64,000 bases of DNA, from assembly GCA_050015395.1 (NCBI GenBank), contig JBEKBM010000006.1, forward strand, positions 32,001 through 96,000, in the 5' to 3' direction. The translations under genes and the position numbers were made by a program. Position 1 is the first letter of the stretch. Each line of letters starts with the position of its first letter. This DNA comes from Candidatus Bathyarchaeia archaeon. Its GTDB lineage: Archaea; Thermoproteota; Bathyarchaeia; Bathyarchaeales; Bathycorpusculaceae. Positions 59,371 through 64,000 of this stretch are shown here, one piece after another. The notes beneath the pieces are model-generated. The model did not search any database. It saw nothing but the letters and a program-made list of their open reading frames with translations, and had not been told where the DNA came from.

Positions 59371-60267
59371 CTATGGGATATCGTCTATCCATGTGTTGAA
59401 AACGTATCCTGTGTAGATGATGTTTGGGGCTACTGCTTGTACCGCTGGTTCCCGCTCCAAGCTTTCACGGGTTTCTCGGAGTCCTTTTGCGGTCGAGGTC
59501 CATGTGAAAAATATGTAAGTGTTTGGTATATTGCTAAAGCCCCAGTAAAAGATTATATTTGGATAATGTTTTTGCCAAATCATATTAGGCGTATTGGGGT
59601 CGGCATCAGGTTTAAGTTGAACATGAAATACGCTTATGATATCATTTGAAGCATCAGGATACCAATCTATAGACAGCATTACCAAGAAGTTTTTTACCAT
59701 TCTGGCGAGTCTACGACGAACCGTCTTGGCGGAGACACCTAATTCTTCAGCGACAACCGAAGTGGCTTTACGTGAATCATCTTTCAAGGAACGAATAATT
59801 TTGTAGTCAAGCTCACAAAGCTTCGTATCAGGATTAACGCCCCTTATCATGTTCAGCGGTAAAGGCGAAACCACTAAACCAACCGTTGGTTCAGGCAACT
59901 CAGCAGCCTCTCTAACAAAACGAACCAGTGGCTCCAACTCACCTATGTTTTTTAAACAAGCACCTATGTACAAGAAGTTCCCGCCGCCGATTGCCAGCCA
60001 GTAAATTGACCCATTTTTTTCCAGTTTTGGGTTTAGGTCATGGATTGAATTAGTTTTTGATGTTCCAAAAATAAATATGAGAACCCCTTTTTTAGCAAAC
60101 AGACTAAGTTTAGCAGTGAATTTACGTATTATGCCCAATTCGATTAAGGATTGAATGCGGTTATGAACCGCAGTTACTGACAGGTTCAGTTTTTCAGCCA
60201 GTTCACGGTAAGAAAGCCGAGAATTCATAAGTAACAACTGGCATAATATCACGTCGGTCTTATCCAC
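59371..60267 (-). CDS. Tandem-HTH Lrp/AsnC-like transcriptional regulator
   Basis: Two HTHs: NSRLSYRELAEKLNLSVTAVHNRI and DSRKATSVVAEELGVSAKTVRRRL. Confidence 0.9.
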   Translation of the reverse strand: MDKTDVILCQLLLMNSRLSYRELAEKLNLSVTAVHNRIQSLIELGIIRKFTAKLSLFAKKGVLIFIFGTSKTNSIHDLNPKLEKNGSIYWLAIGGGNFLYIGACLKNIGELEPLVRFVREAAELPEPTVGLVVSPLPLNMIRGVNPDTKLCELDYKIIRSLKDDSRKATSVVAEELGVSAKTVRRRLARMVKNFLVMLSIDWYPDASNDIISVFHVQLKPDADPNTPNMIWQKHYPNIIFYWGFSNIPNTYIFFTWTSTAKGLRETRESLEREPAVQAVAPNIIYTGYVFNTWIDDIP

Positions 60268-60398
60268 TGTCTCACCATTAACTAGTATCTTATGCGGTAA
60301 ACTGCTTTAAGACTTTAGCCCAAATTTTAAGCGACAGCAAACCCGTGACTATAAATCGAATCAGCGGATGAAAACATTTGTCGATTAAGAGCAAGCGA

Positions 60399-60698
60399 TT
60401 AATTTTGGTTTACTTTTTTGGTTTGTTTGAGTGAATAGTCAAAGAACTTTTCAGCGGTACCTTCAGAAGACCATTCTGAGCGAATTCTAGTTTTCTTTTC
60501 AGCCTTACGCAATTCAGAAAGCAGTATGCGATTTAAGTCTCTGGCGCTTTCACCTTTGATTTCAGCATTGACTTCGAACCCGTCGGCGGTTGGTTTGATG
60601 GAGCCGTTGTTGCCAATTATTCGTTCTAACACAGCTTTTATAGCTGAGGGAGTAGCGCTGCTTACTCTTGCAGATAGCTTGAATTTTTTCTCGGACAC
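60399..60698 (-). CDS. Conserved-looking hypothetical protein
   Basis: 99 aa ORF co-oriented with neighbours; GESARDLNRILLSELR, EKFFDY. Confidence 0.7.
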   Translation of the reverse strand: MSEKKFKLSARVSSATPSAIKAVLERIIGNNGSIKPTADGFEVNAEIKGESARDLNRILLSELRKAEKKTRIRSEWSSEGTAEKFFDYSLKQTKKVNQN

Positions 60699-60722
60699 TA
60701 ATTGTCAGTCCTTTGCTTTAGT

Positions 60723-60926
60723 TTACAGGGATTGCGTGTGCGCGAGTCTTTCTGAATGCAATTGTCCCCCCGTTGCCCAATTGCTCTTTGGCGCTTCATA
60801 AATAACGATCTCGACTGCTTCCTTGGGAACTCCTAAATCTTCAAAAACTTTCGTTATCCCTTCGACTGTTTTCTTCTTGTTCTCAAGGCTCATGCCCTCC
60901 CAAACAGAAACTTGAACTATTGGCAT
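60723..60926 (-). CDS. 4-oxalocrotonate tautomerase family protein
   Basis: Catalytic Pro-1 (MPIVQV), NWATGG; GAGGT SD. Confidence 0.92.
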   Translation of the reverse strand: MPIVQVSVWEGMSLENKKKTVEGITKVFEDLGVPKEAVEIVIYEAPKSNWATGGQLHSERLAHTQSL

Positions 60927-61407
60927 TTCATTTTTACCTCAATTAACACATTCTTCGTTTCCCTAATTAATGTATTCTCAATGGCACTTGAAGCTGGAAC
61001 CTGCTGCTGTGCAACCACGACAATATCATTAAATCAGGCAAATTAAAGGTTAATTGCTTCTGTTATAAGCTCAATTAGGCTGAGGATGTGCTGATTTAAT
61101 TGAAGCAGGGAAAATAGTTGGAAGAGCAGTTTTATTTTAATTACCCTTTGCAACTCTCAAAAGTCGTATTGAAGCTCGCTATGATTTCATCAGGAATCCA
61201 TTAGGTCGTTCTCACTCTTATTAGGTTTCGCACGCGCGCTTGATTTTCTTTTGAGCAACAACCGTGAATTCTAGGTAAATCAGTAGCTCGTTGGAGCTTT
61301 GCTCAAGTTTGTCCATACTCCGTCCGTTATACATTCCATTTAACAAGTTAGCCGTCGTATGGAATTCTTTCAAAGAAAAAAGGAGATGGTTTGTTTTTTA
61401 CGTTTTT

Positions 61408-63933
61408 TTATGGTCTTTTTCTTAGAATCAACATTGTCGCTATTGCTATGGCTAGGACTATGACGATTGTTGCGATTATAACATAGGGTATTATTGTTGA
61501 CTCAATTGCTGTCTCGCTCAATGGTGTTGCTGTGGGTGCAGTTGTTGCAGTCTCAGTGACTACGGTTCCTGTTTCAGCAGAAGAAGACCAGTATGAGCCC
61601 GTTCCGGCGAAACTTGCAGTAATCCTGTATGACCCAGATATTTGAGGAGTCCAGCTGTAGTAGAAGTTGCCTGCTGAATCAGTTGTCGTTGTTCCAATAA
61701 TAACCGTGTTGTTGTTGGGGTCGACTGCGGTCAATGTAACTGGAACGCCAATCTCTTGAGGAGGTGAATTTAGCAATGTAGCGTTCTGCATATGCAGGTA
61801 GTCCATCCACTCGCTCATGCTTGAGTCAGATACCGCAGGTGTTCCCGGTTGCGCTGGAGACTGATCTAAGACATTGCCTTGGATTTGTACCGTCGACTTT
61901 AAAGCAAAGTTGTTGGGTACCGAAACTGACGTCGAAGTCGCGCCTTTGCCAATGCAATATTGTTTTCCATCATAGTTTCCAAAGGCTAAGAGATAACCGT
62001 CGGCAGCCGCGTTAGGAGATACACCTCCATTCAACGTAAACATCGTCTTTCCGGTAGTAGCGTTTATGGCAATGGTCATTGCAAATCGGGGGATGGGGTC
62101 AATCTCATAATCTTGCGAATAACCGCCGTATGCGTAGACAGTGCCGCCTGCAATTACTAAGCCACCAAACTCGAACGGCAAGTAGTTGCTCATGTACTCT
62201 GTTGAAGGTATCTTTGTGCTTTGCCACACAACTTTTCCGTCAGCCAAACTTAATGCGATTACTGATCCATCTGGACTCGCAATGTACACATTACTATTGT
62301 CATTTGCGAGGAAATAACCACTGTATTTCGTGTTCCAGGGGAAGGCTCCAACGTTTGCACTTGACCATACTAATGCTCCAGTAAGGTCGCTATAGCAGTA
62401 AAACGTTGCAGTTGACACATCGCACGTAAGAAAGTCGGTGGTATTGTACAGTTGGATTTGCCCCATTGTACTAGTGTAAGGTAATGTAAGGTTCCAAATT
62501 GAAGCGCCAGTTTTTGCATTGAAGCCTTCAACCAAGTCGTCACCTGGTCCTCCGCCATATACAATGGCGGACAGATCTTTTGACACTGCAAGGCTAGTCC
62601 GCCCCGATCCGTCTGAAGGTGCAGGATGAGACAGAAAAGTTTTCCATACGAGTCCATTGTACCAGTTTTTGCCGTTATTAACAGCGGTAGTTAGGTTCCA
62701 TTCCCAAACGTAGTTTTGATAACCAGTGTATGTTGTGCCAAAAGCAATTTCGCTGCCATCTACAAGTGCGATGTTCATTGCCGTTACATTACTGATACTT
62801 AGTGCGAGCGTCCCAGTATTCGGGTCATAATAATTCCATGTGCCATTCATCGGAGAACCAACAGTTTGAAACAGATACTCGGTCGGTGTGTTTCCGTAGG
62901 AAGCATGCAATTGTACTAAGCCAGCGGCGGATGATTGGTAGTAGGCATTTCCAGGTAGATGGAGACCAGCGGTGATGCTGCCAGACGCGGTGTACAACAC
63001 TTTTCCGGTTGTCAAGTCGATGCATTCAAACTGTGTAGGCGCTGCAGTTAAGCTATCAGGCAAAATATTTTGATAGACTTTGCCCCCCATAATAATCGGG
63101 TTGCCAGAAATCAGGTTGCCTGGCTCGATACTGTAGCTGCCGAAAGATCCGCCTACTATGCCTCCTGCAGTGTTCTGTATGTCCCAAAGGATGTGTCCTG
63201 TGCTAGGTCCTGAACCGTACTGCTGCCAAAAGCCGCCCGTGTTCAATATCATTGGATAAAAAGTTGGGGGGACGGAGGCTGTTAGCCAGTCGCCTGAGAT
63301 CTGGTACCATTCTCTGTTGTTGCTGTTTATGGGGTAACTCCAGTAGCCTGTTGGAAGCTGAGAATATGGCCATCCGTTGAGTAGGCCAGCGTTCACTGGA
63401 GCAGTCTGCACTGTGAAGTAAACGGGTGCACTGGTACATGCCGTCCATTGCACGGTTCCAGACCAATCAGTGAAGTTCTGTGCAGGCATCGTCATCGTCA
63501 CGCTCCAATTACCAGCCATGTTTGGTGCGTACAAGAAGTACATTGAGCCAAGTGGATCAGTCACTCCTGCAGGATAAGTGCCCGTTCCGTCTGTTGGTGT
63601 GAATGTGTCTTTATTTCCGTCTGGTTTTGTGAACGTCACGGTAATGCCAGTAAAACCGTTGTACCATGCTGCCGTAGCATAGTCTTGCGGTGGAGGTAAA
63701 ACCCACAGGTTTACGGTTGCTGATTGGCCAACCCCGATAAGGGTGGGCGCAACGCTGATGTAGCCTGCGGTTTTGCGTGGTGCACTAAAGGGAATCTGGG
63801 CTGAACCCGTCGGTGCAAAATCCAATGCAATTGAAACAGCGAAAAGCAGAATTAACGATGTTGCAAGAATTGCATTTTTGTTCTCTCGAATTTTAGTAGT
63901 ATTTATTGTCAAATTTGTATTCATTTTTTTCAT
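61408..63933 (-). CDS. Secreted PQQ-like beta-propeller surface protein with C-terminal membrane anchor
   Basis: Signal peptide, repeated (D/N)xxTGxxxW motifs, T-rich linker, TM helix and LRKRP tail. Confidence 0.88.
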   Translation of the reverse strand: MKKMNTNLTINTTKIRENKNAILATSLILLFAVSIALDFAPTGSAQIPFSAPRKTAGYISVAPTLIGVGQSATVNLWVLPPPQDYATAAWYNGFTGITVTFTKPDGNKDTFTPTDGTGTYPAGVTDPLGSMYFLYAPNMAGNWSVTMTMPAQNFTDWSGTVQWTACTSAPVYFTVQTAPVNAGLLNGWPYSQLPTGYWSYPINSNNREWYQISGDWLTASVPPTFYPMILNTGGFWQQYGSGPSTGHILWDIQNTAGGIVGGSFGSYSIEPGNLISGNPIIMGGKVYQNILPDSLTAAPTQFECIDLTTGKVLYTASGSITAGLHLPGNAYYQSSAAGLVQLHASYGNTPTEYLFQTVGSPMNGTWNYYDPNTGTLALSISNVTAMNIALVDGSEIAFGTTYTGYQNYVWEWNLTTAVNNGKNWYNGLVWKTFLSHPAPSDGSGRTSLAVSKDLSAIVYGGGPGDDLVEGFNAKTGASIWNLTLPYTSTMGQIQLYNTTDFLTCDVSTATFYCYSDLTGALVWSSANVGAFPWNTKYSGYFLANDNSNVYIASPDGSVIALSLADGKVVWQSTKIPSTEYMSNYLPFEFGGLVIAGGTVYAYGGYSQDYEIDPIPRFAMTIAINATTGKTMFTLNGGVSPNAAADGYLLAFGNYDGKQYCIGKGATSTSVSVPNNFALKSTVQIQGNVLDQSPAQPGTPAVSDSSMSEWMDYLHMQNATLLNSPPQEIGVPVTLTAVDPNNNTVIIGTTTTDSAGNFYYSWTPQISGSYRITASFAGTGSYWSSSAETGTVVTETATTAPTATPLSETAIESTIIPYVIIATIVIVLAIAIATMLILRKRP

Positions 63934-64000
63934 TTTCCTTTTAATATTCTTTTAGGTTTAATGATTGGTGGATAGACGGATTAGTTTTGGGACAGATAAG

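Noticed and set aside
10452-61240. Short GC-rich GCGCG blips in intergenic DNA (about 10452, 43722, 45822, 47551, 48968, 61229)
   Set aside because: No shared consensus beyond low-complexity CG runs
1-64000. CRISPR array, rRNA, integrase or transposase genes
   Set aside because: No regularly spaced repeats or matching motifs were seen

Overview
Archaeal chromosome segment, most likely Bathyarchaeia (inference from TBP, Spt5/SecE/uL11-uL1-uL10, Cren7-like proteins, frequent TTG/GTG starts and a PQQ-like beta-propeller surface protein). 1-43 kb is mostly core genes: an A/V-type ATP synthase cluster, argF, dtdA, ribosomal proteins, larA, pyrE, tbp, lhr, rnz, trm11, prs, lplA, cysS and mtaB, with toxin-antitoxin debris. 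An intron-containing tRNA-Arg(TCT) at 42.9 kb starts an eroded integration hot-spot with decayed tRNA 3' copies to about 49.8 kb. It is followed by aguBA, ahbABCD heme synthesis, an ABC exporter and a surface protein. Most unusual: (1) atpI is antisense inside its operon, bounded by a 7-bp inverted repeat whose re-inversion restores a colinear operon; (2) a CdrS/aCcr1-like RHH gene is coupled to a 95-aa ORF resembling only the C-terminus of FtsZ; (3) lysine 2,3-aminomutase is paired with an EctA-type rather than AblB acetyltransferase; (4) full-length cysS has no canonical start codon and abuts a truncated hicA; (5) two zinc-ribbon Cren7 paralogs plus an aKMT-like methyltransferase; (6) a dispersed non-coding element in two intergenic gaps. 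All family assignments come from motif recognition by eye, not database searches.
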